NCBI RefSeq assembly: GCF_006345805.1 | Contig: NC_042997.1 | Coordinates: 159,712,001 to 159,776,000 of the forward strand | Source of the DNA: Octopus sinensis | Taxonomy: Eukaryota | DNA: 64,000 nucleotides | Reading direction: 5' to 3' | Shown here: positions 1-13,294 of the stretch, piece after piece | Layout: every line of letters starts with the position of its first letter | Numbering within the stretch: position 1 is the stretch's first letter | The notes under the pieces: generated by a model | What the model saw: only the letters and a program-made list of their open reading frames with translations | What the model was told of the DNA's origin: nothing | The model's database searches: none | Translations under genes and position numbers: made by a program

Positions 1-180
1 CTGAATGTCCTACGTCTGCCGGCTACACTTACCAACCAGAATTGAGATTGTGTTATCAAATAGGTTCAACGAAAATTTCATGGAATGAAGCTGCAGACAA
101 TTGCAATAAGGATCGAGGACAACTTATTCACATTAGAAATTTAGAAGTAATGAACTATCTAAAAACAATAGTATCGTCAA
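1..180 (+). CDS. C-type lectin gene A, internal exon (N-terminal half of the CTL domain)
   Basis: Frame from nt 3 reads ECPTSAGYTYQPELRLCYQIGSTKISWNEAADNCNKDRGQLIHIRNLEVMNYLKTIVSS, the typical CTL C..CY...W..A...C...G.L pattern. Donor GTGAGT at 181, phase 1. Same 180-nt length as the paralogous exon 29338-29517. Confidence 0.92.
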
Positions 181-228
181 GTGAGTGATATTTTACTATT
201 TTATACACACTCATTCACACACAAAAAC

Positions 229-270
229 TGTCTCTCTCTTTCTCTCTCTCTCTCTCTTTCTCCCTCTCTT

Positions 271-315
<45 letters not shown>

Positions 316-320
316 CACAC
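229..320. repeat. (TC)n/(CA)n microsatellite in the CTL gene A intron
   Basis: Direct reading of the sequence. Confidence 0.95.
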
Positions 321-381
321 ATCCAAATGTAACCAAAATACATATCTAATATAAACTATAACTGTTTACTCTTTTGCCATT

Positions 382-750
382 TTTTACTTGTTTTAGTCAT
401 TTGACTGTGGCCATTCTAGAGTATCGCCTTTAGTCGAGCAAATCGATCCCAGGACTCATTCTTTGTAAGCCTAGTACTTATGCCATCGGTCTCTTTTGCC
501 GAACCGCTACGTTACGGTGACGTAAAAACACCAGCATTGGTTGTCAAGCGATGTTGGCGGGACAAACACAGACACACAAACATATACACACACACGTACA
601 TATATATACATATATACGACGGACTTCTTTCAGTTTCCGTCTACCAAGTCTACTCACAAGGCTTCGGTCGACACTTGCCCAAGGTGCCACGCGGTGGGAC
701 TGAACTCGGAATCATGTGGGTGGTAAGCAAGTTACTACACATCCACTCCT
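382..750 (-). mobile_element. tRNA-derived SINE (cephalopod type)
   Basis: Minus strand has a tRNA-like head with A/B-box-like motifs, a GCACCTTGGGCAAGTGTC core, an internal (CA/TA)n and a tail ending ...CCACAGTCAAATGACTAAAACAAGTAAAA. Homologous to 26519-26973 and 61289-62243. Confidence 0.8.
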
Positions 751-3255
751 ACGCCTACTTACAACACAGCCACTGCTAATATTTTGATTTAAAATTTTAT
801 GCCACTTTGCAAATTACATTCCGTTTTACTTCTAATTTTTCTCATATTTGTACTTTCTACTCTGATTATTTTTTCAATGAGAAAATACACCAAGTTTTGA
901 TAAGATATCGAATGCAATCATTTAATTTCATATATGTGTTTTAAAGAATTGTCATTTATTGTCAATGAGTTACAAAAGAAAATAACTTTGCCAGTTCAAA
1001 AATACTTCAGTAATGATTTATTTCAGATTTTATTCTGTTTGTTACATATTCAAATTCGAGTAGAATGTTGAGACAACGGAAATATTTTGTTATAAATCGT
1101 ATTGTTATAAATTGTTGGAGATTTTACAGAATGTAATTTCTTTTCAACCAATGTTTTCGTATTATGGAACATCTTTTGGACTACACCCTCTTCAATATTA
1201 ATAACGACAGTTGTCATGACGGTTTAGAGCATTGAATTACCTTATTGCAGGAACATTACTGACAATATAAACATAGTCTCAACGAAATGGATCCCTTTAT
1301 GAATTTTGATTTTGGTTTTAATCGACATAGCGCCAATGAGAATAGTAAAACTTTAGTGTCGATTTAATTGATCAGCGAAGTCATAAGAAGCATCTCTTCA
1401 AATTCAAATAATATGAAAAGTTAATTCTCTTCAGTAGTGAATTCATATGCAAAGAGACTAAATAAATAATTTACCTACCATATTAGTTAGTTCAACACTC
1501 TTCATTGTAAATAATTAGTTACATATATGAGGAACAGGTAAAGGTTCTCAAGCCACAAAGATCGATTAACAGATTTCAGCAACTACGTTAATAACAAGAA
1601 TATAATTTATATTAATATATACGGCAGGTTATGATTCATCGAAGACCTCGTAATGATTTCTAACGGGCACAAAACCTAAAATTTTATGCGGGTATCTTGC
1701 AGTCCATTACATTGATAGGGAAGAAATATAAGGCGTAGTTGACCTGGGCGGGATATAAATTCAGAATGTAAAAAGTCATTAACAATTTATGTCTTAGCTT
1801 AATACTCTATAAAACTATCAAAAGAAAGAAAAAAGAACAATTAGAAATAAAACTATAACAGTAAATGCTTGTTGTTAACTTTGGGGTTTAAGAATCCTAA
1901 CATTCATACTTATATTTCTCTGAGGTAATATATCTGGTAAAAGATCATGAGCAAATTAACTTTCCATTCTCTGGCTCTTTTGTATGTAATCCCATAAGAT
2001 TGTTTAATACAATACTTCTTGGAACATCAGTGTTGTTCGACCGGCTAGAAACCACAGTTAAATTATCTTTAAATCGTACCTACCGTCACGAGAATATAAC
2101 GACATATAAGACCTCGTGCACGTAGTTATGTACAAAAGGACTGGTGTCAAGAATGAGGTGCCTTTCATATGAAGTCGTCTTCTTGTTTAGAACAACCCGA
2201 GGCTATACAAAACCAACTACTACTACTACAACAACCAATACTGCTGCTACCATTGCTGCTACAGTTGTTTTTGCTAGCTCTTTCATTATAATCACCTCAT
2301 TTATGAACAATAAGAAAATCGTATTAGTCTAAGATATTAAATGAATCTTCTTTTACCCATGTAAATTTTGTATACATAATGGCTCTATCTATTTCGATAA
2401 GCCAGTAAATTCCGGCTTCCTAGATATACTGATTTCTGTTATTTACTCAAATTACAAAGATTTGGGGAGCAAAAGACGATTAAATCGACTCTGACGGAAC
2501 ACTTATTTCATCAGATAACACTCATCCGGCGAAATCTGATTTCAGCATTCCTAAGCCGACTTTATTTCATTTTTAATTTGCAAATAGCCGTATTTTCTAT
2601 GCAATAGTTATAAGACTAAGACAGTGTAACTGTAGTTCAATTGCTGAAACCAGTATACATGAATGTTAAGATTGCTAGTTTTATTTTAATTGAAACAAGT
2701 TGTTAAGTTTATATTTGTATTAGAAACGTAGAAATATGCTTTAGACAATTATGCCGATTTTCAAACTTTTCCAATTCAAAGCACGCTGAATTAGGTTAAG
2801 TAAGTTCGTCCGTTAGATTTTGAAATGGTAGGTACGAATGTTCGCATGTCCGTTTTAAAACGGGAATGGTGATCCCAATGCATTTTGCCTCGCTTCAAAA
2901 TATTTTGTAATTTTCTGACTACCTGCAAACTTGGCGCATACCAGGGAATCGTATGCAAATGCTCGGTGAACTACGGCTCTGTGTGTGAAAATATCTACTC
3001 TGAGTGTCCTTTCAACATAGGAGAGACGTTTCTCGAATAATAGAATACAGTCAAACATATACTCTCAACACAAATAAGGCAAAATTCCATGACTTATCAG
3101 TACTAAACAGGGACTAAACAATTGCAGCAGCTACTACTACTACTATTGCAGCAAGACAATATAATGGTCAAACATACATCGATTTATAACCAAGTTCCAA
3201 CAAACCTATTATTAATCAATATATGTTTTTTTTTTCTTTTTGCCTTTGTTTTCAG

Positions 3256-3497
3256 GTCCAGAGTCGGATGCATATTGCCATTTCCATATTGGATTGTGCA
3301 AAGATCTTACTAAGAATATCTTTGTATGGCAGAATGGAGAAGCAAAAACTTTTGATTTTTGGAGTGAGGGTAACCCCTCCAATAGTGGTGACAACGAAAA
3401 CTGTGTAGGCTTGATACCATACTACAGTTACAGATGGAATGATGTTCCTTGTAAAAAACTGGGGACTGGGAGACAAATATGTGAGATAGTTGTATGA
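3256..3497 (+). CDS. C-type lectin gene A, terminal exon (C-terminal half of the CTL domain)
   Basis: Polypyrimidine tract and acceptor TTTTCAG at 3249-3255; phase 1 matches the donor at 181. Reads PESDAYCHFHIGLCKDLTKNIFVWQNGEAKTFDFWSEGNPSNSGDNENCVGLIPYYSYRWNDVPCKKLGTGRQICEIVV*, with a WIGL-like motif, WND and the conserved Cys residues. Confidence 0.92.
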
Positions 3498-5202
3498 TAA
3501 ACGTGACTGAAACAACCGTAATTACACACACACCGTTGCTTATGGTTAGTAAGAATGTTACCATTGATTTTACGTCTATTATTGCACTTAGCAATAGTGA
3601 CATCACACTAGGCTGGAGGCACATTACCTTCCTTCTAATGGAGATATTTTACTCAATCTTGGTTGTGAAAATTACACATTAACGAAATGCTGGGTAGGAA
3701 AGAAATATTCTGGGTGAGATGGAGTTATCTCCCATTGATTAGTTTCATTCGTGTCCAGAAACGGTCAGTTTGCGTAAGAATTCCGTCCACTAGTCAGCAG
3801 ACGTGGAATTCCATGTCTTCAACGTAAATGTCCTCACATGAGGGCACTGGCTAAACATTTTGCATCTGGAATTGAAGAAAATTCTCTTGACCACAAATTT
3901 TCAAATGTTACATTTTTAGCTGGGGTTCCACATCAGAAAAAATTCGTGCTGGAGACCTGGAATTCTCCGCTTGCTAACTCGTGAACGGAAATAGGGCATA
4001 AAGTAACATTGTACGGACACAAATGGAACTGGTCAAAGGGAGATAAATCCATCTCAGCCAAAACTGAATTTTGTTTCGAAGAATTTCGTTTCAGAGTCAT
4101 TTCTTTTTCTTTTTTCACTACCCTGGATGACTAAGTGTGTGTTTTACTGCCACTTGTAAAGAGGTTCTGTGGCTCCAACAAGCAAGTTTTATAAGTCATC
4201 TATATTGCTCAGAGAAACAATAGACCTGAAACCACTGATAATAATCGGACTGACCATAATCAACGACTACACTAAATATTACCGCCCCAAAATATTTTAG
4301 TGTGCCACTTTTTTTGGACTAATGAATAGGTGACCGTTTATACACACGCACACACACGCAGCACACGCACCACACGCACCACACGCACCACACGCACGCA
4401 CACACATACACATATATATATCAAGCCGTTAATTCTATATATCATTTGTATTCTGTGTAAGTCAGACCATTTTATATGTATTACATATACACATTTTTGT
4501 ATTTATTGTATTTAATAATATTGATTTCTATTTACATATATATTTATATATTTATGTATGTATATATGTATATATGTATGTATGTATATATGTATATATA
4601 TATATATGTTCCCCTTTATCATCCGCCATTGCTTCTTCCTCAAGGTATTTTGGCGCCTCTTTACCAAGTTATTTTGGCGCCCCTTCCTCTCACCCTCTTT
4701 AATTCTTTCTTTCTCTCTCTCTCTTGGTCATTTCTCGGCCCTCCTCAATCCCCCCTCTCTCTTTCTCTCTCACCTTCTTGCAACCTGCTGCTGCTAAGCC
4801 ATTCCACTGCTGACCGCCGCCTGTACAACACATGTCTCCTCTACCGAAAAGGTAACCGCTTCCCACGCTTACTGATCAATTGTTTTGTCTCATTTTGTCT
4901 CAAAGTCGTAAGACGCCCCCGTATCATTCCTGTTTTTATACGTTACTGTTTCCAAGTTTATCTTCGTCTCTTGTTTTCCTATTCGTCTCGGTTGTCACAT
5001 TCTTTCCTTCTACCAAGCAAATCTAATGCCCATAGCTTAGCTTTTCTTTGGGGCTGGCCTTTTCGGAGCAAATCTCAGAATTAAACAGCCGAAATTTGCC
5101 ATAATGAATCGGTTTCTGACTGAAGAATGAAGGCTCTGAATTACTGTCCGTTTTTCCGTGTTTGTCAATTCGTGAATTTCACGTTCTTTATATATAAGTT
5201 TT

Positions 5203-5267
<65 letters not shown>

Positions 5268-5789
5268 CTTCAAATGGGTCTTTGAATGAACAGCACATGA
5301 AATTTATGTCTCAACACTATATCATTCTAATAATATATGATCTGTCGGTATCTACATACCATGGACAAAGAGCATTGCTACCCATTCTGCACAGCACATT
5401 CCTAGGATAATAGAACTCCAACAGTAATATCCTACGTATATTTTTATTCTCTTTATACTTACTATATCCCTTTATACTTCCAATATCCATCCTTTTCCAA
5501 AATAACTCCTCATACAAAACAATACTATTTCCCTCTAGTTGAATTTCTGTAATGCAGGGATATCCCTAATATCCCAGAAACATCTCTAACACCACCTTTC
5601 TTTTTATACATGCCCTATAAATTCCACACAACCTTGGTTTACTTGTCTCATTTTATTTCACATATGTATGCTTACACAAGACCCGCATTGGACACATCAC
5701 TCGTATCATTATCTAACCGAGAGTTCTCACGAAACACTACAGTCCTCCCGTAGCACTTACGTAAACTTAGCAGCCATCTTCGGTCTTCT

Positions 5790-5847
<58 letters not shown>

Positions 5848-5852
5848 TATTA

Positions 5853-5896
<44 letters not shown>

Positions 5897-5899
<3 letters not shown>

Positions 5900-8889
5900 T
5901 ATAAACAGCATAAACCTAGCCGTCACTGAACTGATAGCCACTGAATCAAAAAAAGTGATATCACTGAGCTAAATAACCTAATATACGCAGCAGCCACTGC
6001 AGCTACAAAAGAAGCTGGACACTCACCCAAACCCGCCCAAACAGGAGTACCACCACCCAAACAAACCCTGTGGATAAATAACATCCAAAGCAAAATAAAA
6101 AAATTTAGAAAAGACCTGTCGATTCTTAATGAAATCAGCAAACAATCAACGCTACTGAGCAACAAAAAGAGAACGAAAATACTCCGCAAATATAACATCA
6201 CAGAGAAAGATTTGCCTGAAATAAAAGAAAAGCTGAAGCAAGATATCCTTGCCAAAGCACAAAGGATCCGCCGGTACAAGAAACGCCAACGCTTCTTTGA
6301 AGAAAACAAAAAGTTCAACTCCAACCCCAAAAAGTTCTACCAAGAACTGGGCAAAAATAAAATAGAAGTCACTGCAGCACCAACGGCAGAAGAATTGGAA
6401 GAATTCTGGAGAGAAATATGGTCGGCGAACGAACCACCAAAACAAAGAAGTATCAAAATAACAAACTCGGCATCTGAACAACTTTGGACCCCCATAACAA
6501 CTGAAGAGGTCACCCAGGCACTGCAAAGACTAAGCAACTGGAATGCACCTGGGCATGACAAGATCCCCAACTTCTGGTTGAAATATCTAACAGGAATGCA
6601 CAAAAAGCTGGCTGAAAACTTTAACAACGTACTAGCAGAGCCAGAGACAATGCCTGAATGGCTCACGAAGGGGAAAACCATCATAATTCCCAAATCAAAT
6701 GAAACAGAAAAACCAGAAAACTACAGACCAATAACCTGCCTCCCTACTATGTTCAAGGCATTTACTGCAGTGATATCACAAGCACCTGGACGAAAACAAA
6801 CTGTTCCCAGAAGAGCAGAAAGGATGCCGCAAAGGCTCATATGGCTGTAAAGATCAACTAATGATTAATAAAGCCATAACTGAAGACAGCCACAGAAAGA
6901 TGAAAGGCCTCAGTATGGCCTGGATTGGCTACAAAAAGGCGTTTGATAGCATCCCCCACACATGGATCCTCGAAACACTAGCCATTAACAAAGTAGCACC
7001 AACAATCATAAAATTCATAGAGCACTCTATGAATAAATGGCAAACAGTCCTACACCTCCAAACAAAAGAGGGACTCATGAAAACCAAAGACATCCCCATT
7101 AGAAGAGGAATATTCCAGGGAGACACGCTCTCTCCACTCCTTTTCTGCTTGGCACTGTCACCTCTATCTGATATGCTAAATAGAACTGGATGCGGATATA
7201 AATGTTACGGCAAAACGATCAGCCACATTTTATATATGGATGACCTAAAACTATACGCTGCAAATGACAAACAGCTGGAAACACTATTAAAGACAGTTCA
7301 TGGATTTACCAAAGAAATAGATATGAAATTTGGATTAGAAAAATGCGCCAAAGTAACCATGAAAAGAGGAAAACTAGTTAAGAGTAACAACATCACACTA
7401 GATAAAACCAATGAAATAAAAGAATTAGACCAAAGCCAAACTTACAAATACTTAGGAATCCATGAACTAGATAAGACACAGCACACACAAATGAAAGAGA
7501 AAATAAAAAAAGAATATTATAGACGAGTTAGATCAATACTAAACACAGAGCTCAATGCTAAAAACAAGATAATAGGTATCAACACTTTAGCTGTCCCAGT
7601 TATAAGTTACAGCTACAATATCCTTAACTGGACACGAAATGAACTGACCAAAATAGATAGGAAAACAAGAAAAATAATGACAGGATCTAGGATGCATCAC
7701 CCAAAATCTGACATAGAAAGACTATATATACAACGTATAGAAGGTGGTAGAGGCCTTTATACAGCTGGAAAACTACTATAAAATAACCACCATAGGACTG
7801 CAAAAATATCTACTTCAGAAGGAAGGAAGACTGATCCAGATAGCGGCAAAACACGAGCAAAACAAAAAACTGTTCTCAGTATTTAAGGAAGCTGACAAAT
7901 ACAAACAAGAAATCATACCACCTAATAAACATGAAGAAGAATAAGAAGAAGATGGAAAAACAACAAAAGCTATAAAACAAATGAAATCCAAACTAAAAAT
8001 AGAACAGCAACGAACCATGATAAAACGATGGCAAGAAAAGCCCCTTCATGGTAAATACTGGACTAGACTAAACGCAAAAGAAATAGACTAAGAAAAATCC
8101 CAGAAATGGTTGAGAGGCTCAGGACTCAAAGCAGAAACAGAGGGATTTTTAATTGCAGCACAAGACCAAAGCCTCCCCACCAGAAATTACCAAAAACATG
8201 TAATGAAAAGAAATATTACAAGTAACTGCAGAATATGTGGAGATGGACAAGAAACAATAAATCATATTATCTCTAGCTGCCCAGTCCTGGCTAAGAAGGA
8301 ATATATTCACAGACATGACAGAGTTGGAACCTACATACATTGGAAACTATGCCAACATTATGGAATAACAACAGAAAAAAGATGGTATAGGCACACACCA
8401 GAAAAGGTCACAGAAAACAAGACAGCAACCATACTCTGGGATATGCCGATACACACAGACAGAGAAATTAAGGCCAACAGACCAGATATAGTTGTCAGAG
8501 ACCATGAAGAAAAAAATGCTTTCTAATTGATGTATCAATACCGGCTGATGACAACGTGTCTCTAAAGGAAATGGAGAAACTCTCAAAATACAAAGACCTG
8601 GAAATAGAGGTAACTAGAATGTGGAATCTGAAAACAGAAACAATTCCTATCATAGTAGGTGCATTAGGCATGATAAAAAAATATTCAGACAAATACATAA
8701 CAAAAACACCAGGACTTACAAACACATATAACATACAGAAAATTGCACTACTAGGCACTGCACACATCCTACGCAGAACACTTTCCATACAATAACCATC
8801 AGAGCATCACAACAAATCACAGCACATACCCAAGGCACACAGAGCTGCGCTCGGTAGTGAAGTGAAAGCACGCTATAAAAATAGTAATA

Positions 8890-8893
<4 letters not shown>
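5897..8893 (+). mobile_element. Dong/R4-clade non-LTR retrotransposon (family A), 5'-truncated and frameshifted
   Basis: RT motifs (KPENYRPITCL, KAFDSIPH, GIFQGDTLSPLLF, YMDDLKL) in ORFs 6212-6850 and 6861-7781. CCHC knuckle CRICG..ETINHIISSC, RHD, and restriction-like endonuclease RPDIVV..D..EKLSKY in 8110-8795. Flanked by (AAT)n on both sides. Confidence 0.92.
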
Positions 8894-8922
<29 letters not shown>

Positions 8923-9004
8923 CCTTATATATATGGGAATATTATTCCAAAGTTACAGGGAAAAATTCAATTTAGGAATACTAAGTCAAATTTCACAAAA
9001 TATA

Positions 9005-9065
<61 letters not shown>

Positions 9066-9570
9066 TAAACATATATATGTATATTAGAAAGAAACACCTT
9101 TTATCAATTCAGTACTTATAAATTTAAATTATACCATTTAGAAAAAAATTACATCTTACACAAAGATTAAATATAAGATAAAACATATACCAATGATTAA
9201 GTAATGTGCAAAATAATAATAGTAATCGTTATAATTAAAACGTATATATTTGGTAGAATAACTACACGTGTATCGTGTCTATATTTAAGAAATGATGACA
9301 TTAAAATCAATTCAATATACATATAGTCACCCTTCAGGTTAAAGATAAAAAACAATAAAATAATTAATTAGATAAACTAATAAATATACGTATATAATCT
9401 TGTAAAATACGAAATATCTTAACAAATATATTCTTGGGTAAATAAAAAATAGAATAATAGTTATAAATATTTAATATATCTATAAAATAAAATTTTACCA
9501 TATATAAGAAAAGAATAAACTATAACATATCATTACTTCAAAATAAAATTCAATTAATTACATTATTTAA

Positions 9571-9618
<48 letters not shown>

Positions 9619-10469
9619 TCAAAATATACATTAAGTGAAAACTAAATACTATAATCTAATCGATATATAATAAATTATATTATTAATTTATTTATTTATT
9701 TAATAAACACCTAAATATAATCTTATTCTCATTAAGTAATGTATACTAAATTATTTCATGTTAAGTAATATACAAAATGCTAGTACAAGCTATAAATATA
9801 TCAATTAGAAATAAAAATGGTTCAAATATATACACACCTATTATATAAACTAATTATATTATTAATACATATGTAGTATCTACAGATTTAATATTTTACT
9901 CAATTATATAGTTGACCAAAATATCAATTAATATTAAACTTATTTACTTAAATGTTATACTACGTAATAAATAGCCCACCTGACTATTAAATAATATAAT
10001 GTCTTACAAAACTATTTCTCAAATTAAATTATATGTAATACGTTAAATCACATTATAAAATTAATAATTAACATAATAAATAGATATACATATCGTAACT
10101 AATAATTATCAAGAAATTATGTATAAATTAATATTTTAACAACAATAATAATAATAAAATTCAAACACAATGCAATTCAAGAGTTAAATAATATTGTTAA
10201 ATAAAAAACCTTATTTATTGCGTCGATAAATGTTATATAACTGAATTTTAAACGTAAATATGTAGGTCTTAACGTTTATAAGAAATTAATCTCGTGAAGA
10301 CGTTGTTTAAAATGTTTGAATAAAATTATCAATGAAAATGACGAAATATATTTATTAATGAAAAAGAGGAAAAATATTTAAGCTTCAAGAATTAAAGAAA
10401 AGTACAATATATATATATATATATAATATATATATATATATATCTTTAAATCCTTAAATCCTTAAAAAT

Positions 10470-11725
10470 GTTTTAGCCCGAAGGCCGCGGCCATGCTGGG
10501 GCACCACCGCTGAATGAGCTACACTAGTTTGTGAATCCACCTCTGATACATGGCACTTGATCAACAAGGGAGTTCGATGCTGCTTCCCGCATCCGCGTCT
10601 CCTGTCATGAGGTAGGTTCATCTGGGACTCCCAACAAGAAGAGATCCAGTTTAGTTTTAAAGAAACCCACAACCACACCATGTAAGTCTCTCAGGCATTT
10701 AGGGAGGATGTTAAAGAGCTGTGGTCCTCTGAAACCCAAGCTGTTGCAGTATCTGGACCTGTATTTTGATGGTGATGTTGGAATCCTTGGCACCACGCAG
10801 CGGCGCTCCGTTCTGCGGTTGGAGTAACTTTGAATGCCAAAGTTTGGGACAAGACCCTCCAGGATTTTCCAGATGTATATCACTGCATATCTCTCCCGCC
10901 TCCGCTCTAGCGAGAAGAGGTTTAATACCTTCAGTCTTTCCCAGTAGCTGATATTTTGCATTGAGACGATTTTCTTTGTGTAGCTTCTCTGAATTGCTTC
11001 GAGTTCTGCTGTTTGTTTTATATTGTGTGGTGACCAAAGTTGGGAGCAGTAGTCCAAGCGGCTGAGGACGAATGTTTTCCATAGGACCATCAGTGTCTCC
11101 TTCTCTCTTGTTCTGAAAGTTCGGAGAATCCATCCAGCTAGCCGTCTGCATTTTATCACCAGATTAGCAATATGCATTTGGAAAGATGCATCATTGCTCA
11201 TGTCAATGCCCAGGTCACGCACTGATTTTGACTCAGGGATTGCAATTCTTCCTGGGCCAGTGTATCCAGTCTTCACGTCATTTACCTTTGTGTGCCAGTA
11301 GCGCAGGGCCTGGAACTTACCTGCATTAAACTGCATGTTGTTGTCCTCAGCCCAACTGTATATTATGTCCAGCTCATGTTGCAGATGCGCAATATTTTCA
11401 GGGTTTTGTATTGCGTGGGAGACTTTTGTGTCATCTGCATAGCTAGCAAGGGTGGTCATCGTAGCAACTGAAGGCATGTCTGAAAGGGCCACTATGAACA
11501 TCAGTGGCCCCAAGACAGTGCCCTGTGGGACACCGCTTGTTATTTGCGTTCTTTGGAGGTGGCTCCATTGCTCACAACTGCCTGTTTTCTGTCTTTTAGG
11601 AAGTTGTGCAGCCACTCTCCAAGTTTCCCGCCTATGCCGAGACCACGCAGTTTGTGACAGATCATACCATGGTCGACTTTATCAAAGGCTTTTGCAAAGT
11701 CGAGATATATTACATCCACATTTGA
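10470..11725 (-). mobile_element. CR1-clade LINE, 3' portion
   Basis: ORF 10605-11615 has SGVPQGTVLGPLMF, YADDTK and LDYCSQLWSPH...LNLFSLERRR. The 3' end has GGTGGTGCCCCAGCATGGCCGC and a short repeated AGGATTTA tail. Confidence 0.9.
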
Positions 11726-12050
11726 GCCATTATATATATATAATTATATATATATATTATATATATATGTATGGTATATATATATGTATATATATATGTT
11801 TACATATATGTATATGAATATATATATGTATATAATGTGTTTGTATATATGTATACATATATTATATTCATATATATATGTTTATATATATATATGTATA
11901 CATATATATATATTTATATATATATATATATTCATACATATATGTGTATATATATGTATATAATATATTCATACATATATGTGTATATATATGTATATAT
12001 ATATATTATAATATATGTATTATATATATTATATATATGTATATATATAT

Positions 12051-12105
<55 letters not shown>

Positions 12106-12198
12106 TATATATGTAGGTCCTGGGTTGATTCGGGGTTAACCACAGTAAATAAGGTACTCAATACATAGCAGAGTAAAATTAATTTATTATATAGAAGG

Positions 12199-12248
12199 AG
12201 CTTCTACAGGACTAGAACTGTTTCATTCAAGAGAATCATCAGGAAGCT
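12199..12248 (-). ncRNA. Type I hammerhead ribozyme motif (left arm of the same palindrome)
   Basis: Reverse complement of the right-arm motif, differing by a 1-nt indel after CUGAUGA. Confidence 0.72.
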
Positions 12249-12295
12249 TCCTGATGATTTCTCTTGAATGAAACAGTTCTAGTCCTGTAGAAGCT
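12245..12295 (+). ncRNA. Type I hammerhead ribozyme motif (right arm of a palindrome)
   Basis: Stem I AGCUUC/GAAGCU; core CUGAUGA at 12251-12257; short stem II UUC-UCUU-GAA; GAAA at 12270-12273; stem III ACAG/CUGU; GUA cleavage triplet, predicted cut after 12289. Confidence 0.75.
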
Positions 12296-12699
12296 CCTTC
12301 TATATAATAAATAATATATATATATATATGTGTGTGTATATAAATATATATATATATGTTTGTACGTATAATTTGAAAGCTGGGTTGAAAAACAAATCTT
12401 CCTAGTCCTAGTTCTACATGAAGCATTACTGATAGCATTAATTTGGTTATACTGGATCTACTCTGAAAATCCTCTATCCGTAATGCGCTATTGTAAAAAA
12501 GTGCAGCATTTTGTAGTTCAACCCAGCTTTCATTTTCGCCGTAAAAACAAATATAGGTAGGAAATCTTGAAATTAGTCTGTAGGCATTTTCAACTGACTA
12601 TAAATTTTAAAGAATATTTAATAGAATAACGCTTAAGATCAGCTATTCTTACGGTTAACCAACACAACAGTAGGATAATTGTTAATAAGCATAGCGCCG

Positions 12700-13105
12700 A
12701 TTCTCTTAAAAATTGTTGGAGGGGAAATGTCTGGAGAAAGCAATCGTATATAGAACCAAAGTACAGATGGAAGGCTCACGCGATTATAAAACTTATACAG
12801 GAGCTTCTGAAAATTTTTTTAAAACCAACTCGATTCTATTCTCAAAAAAACTCCTTTAGGTATCACGAAAATAGGACGAAGACCAGCATGACGAAATACG
12901 TCTGAGAATTAAAAGGAGAAGAAGTCCGACCTTTCAACGTGACATGGAGTATTTTGGATAGAGCTGCACCACACAGGCACCGTGCTCCTAAGTGAACGAT
13001 CAAGTGCGATTTATGTTTGCTGGAAAAATACTTTATTTTATTCCACGACAATAATTCTTTAAATCAAAGAAGCGAACTCTTAAATTCCTGCAGACACGCA
13101 GCTAA
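12700..13105 (+). mobile_element. Penelope-like element, GIY-YIG endonuclease fragment
   Basis: Manual translation gives GKCLEKAIVYRTKV...KTYTGASENFFKT, then fragments with ELK...FNVTWSILDRAAP and CDLCLLEKYFIL...LNQRSELLNSCRH. Frameshifted. Confidence 0.8.
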
Positions 13106-13194
13106 ATCTAAAATGTCGACTAGCAATATCCCATATGGATAGCGTATATTTTTGATTTTGACTAGTTTTTGATCGCATGTTGCATTTGTTTCGT

Positions 13195-13294
13195 NNNNNN
13201 NNNNNNNNNNNNNNNNNNNNNNNNNNNNNNNNNNNNNNNNNNNNNNNNNNNNNNNNNNNNNNNNNNNNNNNNNNNNNNNNNNNNNNNNNNNNNN
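13195..13294. other. Assembly gap (100 N)
   Basis: Run of N; the true length is unknown. Confidence 1.

Noticed and set aside
2873-3040. Cys-rich + strand frame (CKLGAYQGIVCKCSVNYGSVCE) resembling an EGF exon
   Set aside because: The homologous region in the gene B duplicate (about 30650-30830) has stops in that frame, there are no clear splice sites, and exons 1-180 and 3256-3497 already join in phase.
4476-5084. 202-aa ORF
   Set aside because: Built from (TA)n and pyrimidine-rich low-complexity sequence, with no domain signal.
5115-5160. CUGAAGA...GAAUUACUGUC hammerhead-like motif
   Set aside because: GAAA is broken and there are no supporting helices.
11730-12113. Many Y/I/C/V/H/T-rich ORFs here and across the window
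   Set aside because: Artefacts of (TA)n, (CA)n, (GATA)n, (TAA)n and (GAA)n microsatellites.
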